Source of the DNA: an uncultured Gammaproteobacteria bacterium
GTDB taxonomy: Bacteria; Pseudomonadota; Gammaproteobacteria; JACCXJ01
NCBI GenBank assembly: GCA_963764725.1
Contig: CAVXTM010000012.1
Span: forward strand, 64,001-128,000
Direction: 5' to 3'
DNA: 64,000 nucleotides
A program made the position numbers and the translations under genes. Positions within the stretch are counted from its first letter, which is position 1, and each line of letters opens with the position of its first letter. Shown in pieces: positions 1-10,179 of the stretch. The notes beneath the pieces were generated by a model. It worked only from the letters and a program-made list of their open reading frames with translations, was not told where the DNA came from and did not search any database.

Positions 1-319
1 CGGTCGGGTCGTAATCGATCTCGCCCAGACCCCGGGTGTCCAGGAAGCGGACGAAACAGTGCGTTGTGTCTGGAAAGTCGTACAGACGCGCGGTACGCGT
101 GCAGGGTTGAAAGCCGTTGCCGATGGCGGCATCGTCGCGGCCCGTGAGCGCCCGGATCAGGGCGCTCTTGCCCGCCTGGGCTTTGCCGAGCACCCAGATC
201 ACCGGGACCGGCAGCGTCTGTTTGATCGCGTCGAGTTTTTCCGCTAGCTTTCTCTCGCTGATCTTGGGCGTGAAGATCGCCCTGCCCAGGGCATCGCGGA
301 ACTCTTTGGCTCTCGCCAT
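1..319 (-). CDS. P-loop GTPase (Era/YcjF-like), 5' part; runs off the window edge
   Basis: Manual translation MARAKEF...WVLGKAQAGKSALI...FLDTRGLG gives G1 (GxxxxGKS) and G3 (DxxG) motifs; not in the ORF track. Confidence 0.75.
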   Translation of the reverse strand, partial: MARAKEFRDALGRAIFTPKISERKLAEKLDAIKQTLPVPVIWVLGKAQAGKSALIRALTGRDDAAIGNGFQPCTRTARLYDFPDTTHCFVRFLDTRGLGEIDYDPT

Positions 320-496
320 TGGCTGTTTCGTCGAATGTGCCTCGATGCGCGCCAGGGTGGCGCTGCCGATCCGCTTTGCGCTCAGGGCAGCCAAGATACG
401 ACTGGACCTGTTAGCTGTCAAACACGCGGCCCACGCCCAAGAAAGTCTGTTGCTCGTCGTCCATTGGCCTTGGCCTCGGCTGTCTCGAGCTCGCTT

Positions 497-750
497 CTAA
501 CCAATCTGTTCGTCCTCGCGCTTAGTCCGTTCCATCGCCTCGGGCTCCATCGTGGCATGCATGTTAAACCAGATAAAGAGGCCTCATCCCGCTAACAACA
601 CAGTGACGGCGATGCCGATCGCCGAGGCTGCGGGTAGCTGCGCCGGGTCATCATGGACGAGCCCAAATACCGCAACCAAGAGCTCGATGATCAACGATCA
701 TGAAGCGCGAGAGGAAGCGGCGCAATCGCGTGGGCGTGCTCGTGTGGGTC
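497..750 (-). pseudogene. C-terminal remnant of a membrane protein
   Basis: Broken frames read TPTRLRRFLSRF..ELLVAVFGLVHDDPAQLP..EPEAMERTKRED, with a stop and a frameshift. Confidence 0.4.
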
Positions 751-950
751 TTCTATGGACACTTTCGACCAAAGCCTAGGTGTGCGCCGCCGTTTGGCGG
801 CATCCGGTGGTGCAGCTATCAGTAGACTCTCCTGTGGTAACTCGCGGGCGTCGACACCGGGCGCAACGTCGATGGTAGCAGTAAAACGCATGCGCGATCC
901 CTGCGCCGATCTTGTCGAAACCGCATTTTGGAGGCTAACATCCGTGGTCG

Positions 951-1426
951 TTAGGAACGTCTCCTAGCCTCACCAGCCATCAGCGAAAGGACCAGCGCGC
1001 CGAATCCCACAAGATGAAAGACAAAATGGGCCGCGTGCCCGTACTCCCACCGGTCCCGCCAGCGTCCAATCGCTCGGGGGGACCGCGAGTGTCCATCCCC
1101 TTCATCTCGACGTTGGCGGGCTCGACAAACGCGAAATACGCGGCGAGGCCCGCAGCTAGAAACAATATGCCCAGCAGCGTCAGCCAGAAGGCGGGCCGGT
1201 GCTTGCGGACCAGAAACACGAGCACGCCGGGCAGCGAGGATTGCTCCGATCTCGATGAAAGGGCCGGGAAGGGCCCAAAAGCCGCATAAAGCGTGCGATG
1301 GAGGGTCAGGTACAGCGATGCGGGATACTCCATCTTGGCCGGCAGCTCCAACACATGGCAAAATGTCATCCTCACAAGGAGAGCAGTGAGAAGGCTCGTA
1401 ATGAACTGCCAGGCCTTCACAAGCAT
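951..1426 (-). pseudogene. DUF1772-like (anthrone oxygenase family) membrane protein, frameshifted
   Basis: HVLELPAK, FVEPAN and WRDRWEYGHAAHF motifs are split over two frames. Confidence 0.65.
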
Positions 1427-1621
1427 ACCGACCCTCCGCAGCGTAACTCAAGCCCGATCCGCGCACCGAACTTCAAAGGCCTTGTCGAATCATTGCCGCA
1501 CATATCGCACCGCCCGAGACATCGAGCTAGGCGAGGTGTCTTGAGTTCAAAGCGTCGATGAGGCATCGGGCGCGAGCATGCCCTGGAACGAATGAGTGCG
1601 GGCTTTTATAAGCCTGTCAAA

Positions 1622-1657
1622 TAAACGATCTCCGCCGCGAGCGGCGGAGATCGTTTA
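1622..1657. terminator. Perfect 17-bp inverted repeat; probable terminator of the 24-aa gene
   Basis: TAAACGATCTCCGCCGC-GA-GCGGCGGAGATCGTTTA. Confidence 0.75.
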
Positions 1658-1671
1658 CTACGCGCGAGGCT

Positions 1672-1746
1672 CTAGAAGACGCCTAGCAACGCCAGAATGA
1701 TAATGACGGTAAGTGGTACACCCAGAAGCCACAATATAATAGGCAT
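1672..1746 (-). CDS. 24-aa single-TM small protein MPIILWLLGVPLTVIIILALLGVF
   Basis: Strong SD (AAGAGGAGGA) upstream, hydrophobic ORF, followed by a hairpin; below the ORF-track cutoff. Confidence 0.8.
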   Translation of the reverse strand: MPIILWLLGVPLTVIIILALLGVF

Positions 1747-1818
1747 TTTATCCTCCTCTTATGATAAACGATAGCTGCGCTTGTGCCTTCGGCCAAGCCG
1801 AGACAGAGTTAAGTTAGG

Positions 1819-1933
1819 TCATGTTGTGTGCCAAGAGCGACACCATGAAGGAGACAGCCAATTGTCTCGGGTGCCGGGCCGTGCGAAGGAGACTTGATCG
1901 GTAATAGTTGCCGCTTCGCGCGGAAAGTCTTGC
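1819..1933 (-). promoter_or_regulatory. sigma54-like promoter (TGGCAC-N6-TGA variant) with tandem upstream palindromes
   Basis: GG-N10-GA at 1819-1832; GTAATAGTTGC (1901-1911) and GAAAGTCTTGC (1923-1933). Confidence 0.5.
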
Positions 1934-2104
1934 AAAAGGGCTATCTGTCCAGCTCCTGTCTCACGGGCTTGCGTGTAGAAATTCTCGAGACGGGCCCCTT
2001 CGGTTCATGCGGCCGACCCGTACGACCATGCCACCGGATAACTGCCGGCCGAAGGCCGGACATGAGCAACGTTGGTGCGAAACTGTAGGAGGTAGCCTCC
2101 ATAG

Positions 2105-2214
2105 GTAATTTTTACAGACTGGCCCGTCGAAATTTCCCGCTCTATGGGTTGTAGTAACCCTTTGATAACGCTTTGCTATCCTTTGCGGGCGATGTATCTG
2201 GTACGGTCGATGCT
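2105..2214 (+). promoter_or_regulatory. sigma54 promoter TGGTACGGTCGATGCT with upstream GTAATTTTTAC
   Basis: GG 2200-2201 and GC 2212-2213; perfect GTAA-N3-TTAC at 2105-2115. Confidence 0.6.
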
Positions 2215-2260
2215 GAGCCCAGGTACGTTAGTTCGATTGACCTTAGTAGGAGGGTAGCAA

Positions 2261-2491
2261 ATGAACCGTACCAGAGCCGAAGAACGCGCCGAACGCAATC
2301 TCATAGAGTCCTTATGGTGGGCCCTGGCATTAGGGCTAACTGTTATTCTAGGCGCACAGATTTACAATAGCGTTTCCTGGGAAATCTACAAGGAGGCACA
2401 GGGATGTGAAGTTACGGAGTATCTAAGCGAATCGGATTGGAGAGACGCCTCAGCATGGTCATGCGCAGATGGCAGCACGCATTTTCGATAG
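2261..2491 (+). CDS. Small membrane-anchored hypothetical protein
   Basis: SD AGGAGG, one TM helix, two Cys. Confidence 0.6.
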   Translation: MNRTRAEERAERNLIESLWWALALGLTVILGAQIYNSVSWEIYKEAQGCEVTEYLSESDWRDASAWSCADGSTHFR

Positions 2492-2599
2492 ATCGCGTTC
2501 CTACCGGGCGCGGGAGACTCTCCATGAGACCTGGTGCAATTTCCTGTATCGCCGAGTCCAAGACGCGAAGGGTTCCGTAGGAAGACCAGGTTCCACGGA

Positions 2600-4339
2600 A
2601 TGCGATACCTCGCTCTGGCGTGTGACTACGACGGCACCCTGGCTACAAACGGGCAAGTCGATGCAACAACGATAACGGCTTTAGAGCGCCTCCTTGCCTC
2701 AGGGCGGCGGTTGCTTCTGGTGACCGGCCGCGAGCTTGAGGATCTTGTGTCCGTGTTCCCTCGCCTCGATCTGTTCGATTGGGTGATCGCCGAGAACGGC
2801 GCTTTGCTATATCGACCTTCCACGCGTGAGGAGAAGCTTCTCGCGGGTAAACCGCCACAAGAGTTTGTCGGCGCACTTCATGAACGAGATGTGCCGTTGT
2901 CCGTCGGACGGGTGATCGTCGCCACGTTCGAACCGCACGAGACTACGGTACTTGAAGTGATTCGAGATCTCGGGCTCGATCTTCAGGTGATCTTCAACAA
3001 GGGCGCGGTGATGGTTTTGCCTTCGGGCGTGAACAAGGCTACCGGACTTGCCGCGGCGCTCGAGGAGCTGAAGATTTCACCGCATAACGTAGTGGGCGTG
3101 GGAGATGCCGAGAACGATCATGCGTTTTTGCGGCTCTGTGAGTGCTCGGCAGCCGTAGCAAACGCGTTACCGGCGGTTATGGATCACGCGGACTTCGTCA
3201 CCCGAGCGGATCGCAGTGCGGGTGCGCGCGAGCTGATCGATGAGATGTTGAAAGACGATTTGCGTAGCCTCGCAGGCAAGCTCACACGTCACTATTTCTA
3301 TCTTGGTTCGCGTCCCTCGGGCGAGGAGGTTCGTATCCCTCCATACGGCATAAATCTACTGGTGGCCGGATCGTCGGGAGGAGGAAAATCCACGCTGGCG
3401 ACCAGTTTACTGGAACGCTTCAGCGAAGGGGGCTATCAGTTCTGTGTCATCGATCCGGAGGGCGACTACGAGGATCCGGACCATGCACTCGTGCTAGGTA
3501 ATCGCCATGACGCACCGAGCGTCCATGAGGTGTTGCAGGTATTGGATGACCCGGCACGCAATGTCGCAGTCAAGTTAGTAGGCTTGCCGCTCGAAGAGCG
3601 ACCTCGGTTCTTCGGTGCATTGATTTCGCGCCTGCAGGATCTGCGCGCCCGCACCGGGCGGCCGCATTGGATCGTGGTGGACGAGACCCATCATGTACTG
3701 TCGGCGGGCTGGGAACCGGGCGAGATCACGCTGGCCAAGGGCTTTACCAGCATCGTGTTTATTACCGTCCATCCGAAATCGGTGACTCCCGCGGTGTTGA
3801 AATCGGTGGATCTCGTAATCGCGCTCGGTAAGGATCCGGCCGCGATGCTCAATGAGTTTGCGGAATGCGTCGGGGAAAGCCTGTCTGCCTCCGATTCCTT
3901 GGAGAGCGGCTCGGGACAGGCGTTGCTATGGCAACGGTATACAAGCGATGCGCCATTTCCGTTCCTCCCCGAGGAGAGCCGCGGCGAACGGCAACGGCAT
4001 CGCCGTAAATACGCCGAAGGTGACCTAGGGGAGCGTAGTTTCTATTTTCGAGGTGCACAAGGCGAGTTGAATCTACGCGCGCAGAATCTCATTCTCTTTA
4101 GTCAAGTCGCCGAGGGAGTCGATGACGCCACGTGGGTCTATCATCTGCGCAACGGCGATTACTCGCGCTGGTTTCGGGAAGTGCTCAAAAATCAAGATCT
4201 CGCCGCCGAGGTCGCACGTATCGAGCAGTCCGAGAAGTTGTCTCCCGGCGAGAGCCGCGCACAAATAAAGGGCATTATCGAGCAACATTACACCCTGCCT
4301 AGCTCGGCCGGCGCATCGGGCTCCGATAACACACCCTAA
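2600..4339 (+). CDS. HAD-IIB phosphatase fused to a HerA/DUF87-like P-loop ATPase
   Basis: DYDGT, TGR, K and GDAEND HAD motifs, then GSSGGGKS, IDPEGDY and VVDETH. Confidence 0.85.
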   Translation: MRYLALACDYDGTLATNGQVDATTITALERLLASGRRLLLVTGRELEDLVSVFPRLDLFDWVIAENGALLYRPSTREEKLLAGKPPQEFVGALHERDVPLSVGRVIVATFEPHETTVLEVIRDLGLDLQVIFNKGAVMVLPSGVNKATGLAAALEELKISPHNVVGVGDAENDHAFLRLCECSAAVANALPAVMDHADFVTRADRSAGARELIDEMLKDDLRSLAGKLTRHYFYLGSRPSGEEVRIPPYGINLLVAGSSGGGKSTLATSLLERFSEGGYQFCVIDPEGDYEDPDHALVLGNRHDAPSVHEVLQVLDDPARNVAVKLVGLPLEERPRFFGALISRLQDLRARTGRPHWIVVDETHHVLSAGWEPGEITLAKGFTSIVFITVHPKSVTPAVLKSVDLVIALGKDPAAMLNEFAECVGESLSASDSLESGSGQALLWQRYTSDAPFPFLPEESRGERQRHRRKYAEGDLGERSFYFRGAQGELNLRAQNLILFSQVAEGVDDATWVYHLRNGDYSRWFREVLKNQDLAAEVARIEQSEKLSPGESRAQIKGIIEQHYTLPSSAGASGSDNTP

Positions 4340-4554
4340 GTGGCGCTCGATCCGGATTCGGCTGGCGCTTCGCTAGGGGTGGTGTTTGCAGGGCTCGGGC
4401 CGCGAACCAGTAAAGCAGCGCCCACACCAGATCCGCCGATCATCGGCCAATACATCGCCGGATCGTGCATATCAAGATAGGTCCGGCTCAGTCCGATGAT
4501 ACCGGTCAACGCCAGCACAACACCAGGAAGTATAGCGCCGAGACCGTACCTCAC
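4336..4554 (-). CDS. Small hydrophobic hypothetical protein (5' end uncertain)
   Basis: Two hydrophobic segments in the ORF track. Confidence 0.35.
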   Translation of the reverse strand: MRYGLGAILPGVVLALTGIIGLSRTYLDMHDPAMYWPMIGGSGVGAALLVRGPSPANTTPSEAPAESGSSAT

Positions 4555-4792
4555 CGCGGTAAAGATTACAAAGAAGTTGGTAAAACGTGCGTGGGGATAC
4601 CCGTGCCTCGCTGACTGTTCTTCACTAGTAACTCTTAGAGCAGCGTTTCCAAAATCGATAATCCCATCCTTCCAAGCTTAGACGAGGAAGGTACAAAATC
4701 ATAGACTTGTAGCTCTCACCTCAATCCACTTACAAGGGGAAGAAAATCCGCGGAGCGCCGATCGCCCAAGATGAGTGACCGCTGATGTAATA

Positions 4793-4807
4793 TGGCATAT
4801 TGAGTGC
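4793..4807 (+). promoter_or_regulatory. sigma54 promoter TGGCATATTGAGTGC upstream of GT4-GDE
   Basis: GG-N10-GC; a perfect GTAAAGATTAC lies at 4559-4569. Confidence 0.55.
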
Positions 4808-4940
4808 CCATACGCTTAGGGTGGAAGCCCGGACCGCCGACTCGGGATGACACGTTGACTTCCGTCACCCGCGAGATTGCGGCAAATCACTTTAAGTTAA
4901 TGTACCGGTACGGCATGCCCCGGCAGCTTAGGGAGGAAAC

Positions 4941-5991
4941 ATGAGGATAGCTCAAGTTGCACCGCTTTATGAGAGTGTCCCGCCGCAACTCTACGGGGGC
5001 ACGGAACGGGTAGTCGCATATTTGACCGATGAGTTAGTGCGGCAGGGACACGATGTTACACTGTTTGCGAGTGGTGACTCACAGACGCAAGCACGACTGC
5101 ATCCGATATGCAGGCGCGCGCTGCGTTTGACAGACTGCCGGGACGCGCTGGCTTATCACATGTTGCTGCTGGATCGGGTGGCTCGCGAGGCGACCAACTT
5201 CAACATTGTTCATTTCCATATCGACTACCTGCATTTTCCGCAGACGCGCCTGATGGACCTCCCCAACGTCACCACCTTACACGGTCGTTTGGACCTGCCG
5301 GATCTAGCCCCGATTTATCATGAGTTCAATGAGATGCCAGTGGTATCCATATCTAATGATCAACGCACGCCGCTGCCCTTTGCGAATTGGCAGGCGACCG
5401 TGTATCACGGGTTGCCCGCCGATTCTTACCGCTTGCATCCCGAGCCGGGCAAATACCTAGCTTTTCTAGGGCGTATCTCTCCGGAGAAGCGTGTTCGACC
5501 GGGCGATACGGATCGCACAGCGCGTTGGGATGGAGCTACGTATCGCGGCCAAGGTGGACAAAGTCGATGAAGCCTATTTCAAAGAATGCATTCAGCCCCT
5601 GCTTTCCGACCCTCTCGTCCAGTTTATCGGGGAGATAGGGGAAAAGGAGAAGAACGATTTCCTCGGCAACGCATACGCTTTATTGTTCCCCATCGACTGG
5701 CCGGAGCCTTTCGGCTTGGTGATGATCGAGGCGATGGCCTGCGGTACGCCGGTTATTGCGTACCGGCGCGGCTCCGTCAGCGAGATCGTGCGTCCCGGTG
5801 AGAGCGGGTACGTCGTCGATAATCTGGACGAAGCCGTGGCCGCGGTAGCAAGAGTCGATGCCGTGAATCGTCGACGCTGTCGCCAGGCATTCGAAGCACG
5901 TTTTTGCGCTTCTCGCATGGCCCGCGATTATCTTGCTGTCTACCGCGCTATAATTGACGCCGGCGTCCAGACACAACAACCGGCAGCATAA
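4941..5991 (+). CDS. Glycosyltransferase family 4, single +1 frameshift near 5494 (possibly a sequencing artefact)
   Basis: MRIAQVAPLYESVPP..YGGTERVV; FLGRISPEK; EPFGLVMIEAMACGTPV in the second frame. Confidence 0.9.
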
Positions 5992-6019
5992 AGCCGCCGC
6001 CGGGCACGGGTAGAAAACA

Positions 6020-8185
6020 GTGCCGGAACTAATTCAAGTCGAAGACAACTGGTACGTGCGTGCGACCTCCGCGCGCGCCGACGACCGCCCCCGCGTTCTC
6101 AAGAAGGGGGAAACCTTCGGGATCTTCGACCGGTCCGGCGATATTAGCGCGAACGGCCTCGGCGAGGAGGGGCTTTACCATCAAGGGACGCGTTTTCTGT
6201 CAGCCATGGAGCTGAAGATCAACGGCGCCCGGACTCTGGTGCTCAATTCGGCGGTGCGGGAGGACAATAGCCTTCTAATGGTCGACCTCACTACACCGGA
6301 TCTCTACGAAGCCGCGAAGCTTAGTATTCGCAAGGACACGCTGCACATTTTCCGGGCCAAGCTCTTGTGGGAGGGAGCGCAGTACGAACACATACGTCTG
6401 GTGAATTATGGCGATCAACCGATGAGTCTTAGGATAAGCGTCTTGTGCGAGGCGGACTACGCGGATATCTTCGAGGTTCGAGGTATTCGCCGAGCAGTCC
6501 GAGGAAGCTGCCTTCCTGCACGCCGGCTAGGCCGTGAGTTGCTGCTTGCATACCGCGGTTTGGACCATGTGTCGCGTCATACTCGGATCATCGCCAGCGT
6601 CGATCCAGATCCGGGCACCGGCGCTCGGCTGTATTTTTCGCTAGTGCTCGGCCCACGCGATGAACACGAGCTGTCTTTGACCGCGGTCTGCGAAATCGGC
6701 GAGCGAATCCAAAGTGCCCCGAGCTACGAGCGAATGATGGAGCGATGGAACGTGGCAGTGACGGCGAATACCGAGGCTATCGCCAAAGTTCTTACGTCGA
6801 ACGAGCCGTTGAATCAGTGGTTACAGCGCTCCTCGGCGGATCTGCACATGCTCACAACCGAGACACGGCATGGCCTTTATCCGCACGCGGGCGTACCGTG
6901 GTTCTGCACCGAGTTCGGACGCGACGGGATCATAACGGCATTACAATTCCTTTGGATGCAGCCCGAGCTCGCTCGCGGGGTCTTGAATTTTCTCGCTGCC
7001 GAGCAAGCCGATACCGAGGCGCCCGCCCAAGATGCCGAGCCCGGGAAGATCTTGCATGAAGCCCGGCGTGGCGAGATGGCTGCGCTCGATGAAATCCCGT
7101 TTCGCCGCTACTACGGCAGCGTAGATGCGACGCCCTTGTTCATTCTGCTGGCAGGAGCCTATTTCGACTTGACCGGCGATCGAACCTTCATAGAGAGTAT
7201 TTGGGCCAATATCGAATACGCCCTCGATTGGATTGACCATTACGGTGATACGGATCGCGACGGCTTCGTGGAGTATGCGCGCGAGAGCGTGAATGGTCTC
7301 GAGCACCAGGGTTGGAAGGACTCGGCGGATGCGGTGTTCCATGCGAACGGTCAGCCGGCGCGGCCGCCGATCGCTTTGTGCGAGGTGCAAGGATACGTGT
7401 TCGCGGCAAAGCAGGCGGCCGCCAAGCTGGCAGCGCTTCTCGGCGATCATCGGCGTGCGGAGATCCTTAGCGAGCAGGCCGAGCAGTTGAAGACACGCTT
7501 CAACGAGGTGTTTTGGTGCGCGGACATCCAGGACTTTGCCTTGGCATTGGACGGGGAGAAGCGTCCTTGTTGCGTACCGGCATCGAATGCCGGGCATGCG
7601 CTGTTCACCGGCATCGCTAGTACCGAACACGCCCAGAGCGTAGCGGAAATCCTGCTCGGTGAAGACTCGTTCAGCGGCTGGGGTGTGCGCACCATCGCCC
7701 AAAGTGCAGCGCGCTTCAATCCGATGTCCTATCACAACGGCTCGGTGTGGCCGCATGACAACGGCATCATCGCCATGGGGCTCGCCCGTTACGGATTCAA
7801 GGACCAGGCGCTCGCGATCTTCACCGGGCTGTTCCAAGCAAGTACTACCATGGATCTTTACCGTCTGCCCGAGCTTTTCTGCGGTTTTCCTCGTCGCCCC
7901 GGACAAGGCCCAACGCAATACCCGGTGGCGTGCTCTCCCCAGGCCTGGGCGAGCGGGGCTCCCTTCCATCTGCTACAGGCATTGCTGGGATTGACTTTCC
8001 ATGGGGAGAAGCCGCAATTGCGTATCTATCGTCCCTTGCTGCCCGACTATTTGGACTGGCTGCAAATTAAGAATATGCGAGTGGGAGATGCCGTCCTCGA
8101 TCTCGGTTTTAGCCGTCACGACCAGGATGTAGCCGTCAACGTATTGCGCAAGGAAGGCGACGTGGACGTGGCGGTCCTCGTTTAA
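6020..8185 (+). CDS. Amylo-alpha-1,6-glucosidase / glycogen debranching enzyme
   Basis: AGVPWF..FGRD, EPGKILHE, YYGSVDATPLF, QGWKDS, YHNGSVWPHD. Confidence 0.92.
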   Translation: MPELIQVEDNWYVRATSARADDRPRVLKKGETFGIFDRSGDISANGLGEEGLYHQGTRFLSAMELKINGARTLVLNSAVREDNSLLMVDLTTPDLYEAAKLSIRKDTLHIFRAKLLWEGAQYEHIRLVNYGDQPMSLRISVLCEADYADIFEVRGIRRAVRGSCLPARRLGRELLLAYRGLDHVSRHTRIIASVDPDPGTGARLYFSLVLGPRDEHELSLTAVCEIGERIQSAPSYERMMERWNVAVTANTEAIAKVLTSNEPLNQWLQRSSADLHMLTTETRHGLYPHAGVPWFCTEFGRDGIITALQFLWMQPELARGVLNFLAAEQADTEAPAQDAEPGKILHEARRGEMAALDEIPFRRYYGSVDATPLFILLAGAYFDLTGDRTFIESIWANIEYALDWIDHYGDTDRDGFVEYARESVNGLEHQGWKDSADAVFHANGQPARPPIALCEVQGYVFAAKQAAAKLAALLGDHRRAEILSEQAEQLKTRFNEVFWCADIQDFALALDGEKRPCCVPASNAGHALFTGIASTEHAQSVAEILLGEDSFSGWGVRTIAQSAARFNPMSYHNGSVWPHDNGIIAMGLARYGFKDQALAIFTGLFQASTTMDLYRLPELFCGFPRRPGQGPTQYPVACSPQAWASGAPFHLLQALLGLTFHGEKPQLRIYRPLLPDYLDWLQIKNMRVGDAVLDLGFSRHDQDVAVNVLRKEGDVDVAVLV

Positions 8186-8278
8186 ACAGAAGGAGGTTCG
8201 GGTGACGGCCCGCCGTCCATCGTGGCCCGGACATTCACCGATATGCAAACCCTCAACTCCTCGAGATGTACCAAGCGT

Positions 8279-8391
8279 GTAAGAATTTCTGATCGACGGT
8301 AACAAATACCGATGGGCAGGGGTCGCCGAGGGGGCTCCACCCATTCCCTTTCAAGCAGCGGCGCCGGATCGCGCAATGGTACAAAGGTTGC
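8279..8391 (+). promoter_or_regulatory. sigma54 promoter TGGTACAAAGGTTGC with tandem upstream palindromes
   Basis: GG 8378-8379 and GC 8390-8391; GTAAGAATTTC (8279) and GTAACAAATAC (8299). Confidence 0.65.
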
Positions 8392-8437
8392 CCCGCCTCC
8401 AAACGACCAATTACATTCTTCTTCTATGGAGGCATCT

Positions 8438-8773
8438 ATGAATGAGACATTGCACCAATGTATCCAGGAATGCGTTAACTGCCACGGCATTTGTCTGAAT
8501 ACTATTACCTATTGTTTAGAGCAAGGCGGCCGGCACGCCGAGGGCGGCCATATCCGGCTGTTAACCGATTGCGCCGAGATCTGTCAGACCAGCGCGAACT
8601 TCATGCTTCGCGGCTCTTCCCTGCATGCCCGCACCTGCGCTGTGTGCGCCGAAATCTGCGCTCAGTGCGCCGCAGATTGCGGGCAGTTCAAGGACGATGC
8701 CCATATGCAGCGCTGTGCGGAAGCATGCCGACGCTGCGCCGAATCCTGCCGAGAAATGGCGGCGCATGGCTAA
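8438..8773 (+). CDS. Cys-rich four-helix-bundle copper-storage protein (DUF326/Csp3-like)
   Basis: Repeated CxxCxxxC motifs, DCAEIC, CAEACRRCAESC; SD GGAGG. Confidence 0.9.
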   Translation: MNETLHQCIQECVNCHGICLNTITYCLEQGGRHAEGGHIRLLTDCAEICQTSANFMLRGSSLHARTCAVCAEICAQCAADCGQFKDDAHMQRCAEACRRCAESCREMAAHG

Positions 8774-8885
8774 TATTTTACACTTCGGTGGACGTTCAGC
8801 GTATAGGCGCGGATCGTGCCTGCGAGAGCGGTCCCCACTCAACGGATTAGATTATAGGTCCACCCTCCGCGATCCGGTTTAGTCG

Positions 8886-9434
8886 ATGAGCTGGGATACA
8901 GCAGTGAGTGTTTTCATGCAAGAACTGACTGTCGGACTACCGGACCCGGCCCAAACGATACGTGTAACGATGCGTCTCGGTGCTGCCATGCTCCTCGGTG
9001 CGATCGTCGGGATTCAACGCGAGCAGATAGGCAAAGCAGCAGGGCTGCGCACGCATATGCTGGTGGCCGTGGGCACAGCTCTATTCGTGATTGCCGCCCT
9101 GGAGGTCGGTATGTCCATGCGCGATTTATCACGGGTGATCCAAGGCATCGCCGCGGGCATCGGATTCATCGGGGCAGGAGCGATTCTTAAGCTTGCCGAA
9201 GAGCGCCAGATCCAAGGGCTGACGACGGCTGCCAGCATTTGGATGACGGCAGCGGTAGGGGTAGCGGCGGGCCTGGGCCGCGTGGGACTGGCGCTACTTA
9301 GTGCTGTTCTCGCCTGGACGATCCTCGCGGTTGTCGGAGCAATCGAACATCGAATCGAAAGGCGCGCAGCGAAAGCCGAAACCATGAACCGAACTGTATC
9401 GATAATAACTTGCTCCGGTGAGGCGAAACGGTGA
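8886..9434 (+). CDS. MgtC/SapB family membrane protein
   Basis: AGLRTHMLV, GIGFIGAGAI, GLTTAASIW. Confidence 0.92.
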   Translation: MSWDTAVSVFMQELTVGLPDPAQTIRVTMRLGAAMLLGAIVGIQREQIGKAAGLRTHMLVAVGTALFVIAALEVGMSMRDLSRVIQGIAAGIGFIGAGAILKLAEERQIQGLTTAASIWMTAAVGVAAGLGRVGLALLSAVLAWTILAVVGAIEHRIERRAAKAETMNRTVSIITCSGEAKR

Positions 9435-9479
9435 GCACGGAGCGTCTAATGCGGGTAGAATCAGCTTCATTGCGTATCC

Positions 9480-9600
9480 AACCATTGGATTACGACCTCG
9501 ACCGTCGGTACCATGACAACGCGTACAGCTTTCCGTGACTGCGATAGGCGTTGATTCCGGATCGGGGGAACCCTCCGTCAGCGCAGCCTTGTTCTGAGCT
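9480..9600 (-). pseudogene. Cytochrome c fragment
   Basis: ESCTRCHGTDGRGR heme-binding CxxCH motif with no intact gene around it. Confidence 0.45.
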
Positions 9601-9830
9601 CGAAGCTCATAAACTCCACGCCCACCACCGCCACTATCCACCCGTAGCGACTATGGGCCGCTGAGCGAAAGTCAGCGCGACCGAGGGAAGGAATGTTGAG
9701 TAAATCACCGCCCCGAGCCGCCAACTATTATTACTAAGTCGCACAATCCATATGGCAGGCACGGCAGCGCGAGTGATGAGTATTAGTTGTCAATCAGTGC
9801 CTCTTAGCGCGGCGCACCGTGGTACGGTTT

Positions 9831-9971
9831 CCAACCCTTACAGCCTCGACCGGAAAGTGTTACCGATTCGGGTCCCTATTGCACACCCGTACCTTGTCCC
9901 TCGCACACCCCTAACTGCCTGACTGCGCGCGTTTATGGCCGGACACGCCAAAGCCGGGCATGAAGAATGCT
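9831..9971 (+). promoter_or_regulatory. sigma54 promoter module, copy A (tandem UAS, IHF-like box, -24/-12)
   Basis: CCAACCCTTAC-N11-GAAAGTGTTAC; CTAACTGCCTGACT; GGGCATGAAGAATGCT; conserved in copy B at 17186-17322. Confidence 0.7.
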
Positions 9972-9980
9972 CTCCAGTCA

Positions 9981-10107
9981 GTCATGGCTCACCAGAAGAA
10001 CTAAGATCGCGGCTACGGCGCATGCTGACTACCCCATTTGCCTCCCCCATTTGCCCGCCCTCGGGTGCCCTCTCCCCTAACCGGCATCACGGGCGGGATT
10101 CTTTTTT
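9981..10107 (+). ncRNA. Candidate C-rich small RNA, copy A
   Basis: Follows the sigma54 box, contains TTTGCCTCCCCCATTTG, ends in a CCCGCCC...GGGCGGG hairpin plus T-tract; paralog at 17332-17432; no conserved ORF. Confidence 0.55.
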
Positions 10108-10179
10108 ACCTGGGGTGGGGTTGTTGGCGAAGCGGTGTACTACTGACGACCAGGGAAGAAACCCGGCCGGGGGCAACCT

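Noticed and set aside
9984-10004. Leader peptide MAHQKN in candidate sRNA A
   Set aside because: No SD, and not conserved in copy B, where the same ATG opens an unrelated longer frame.
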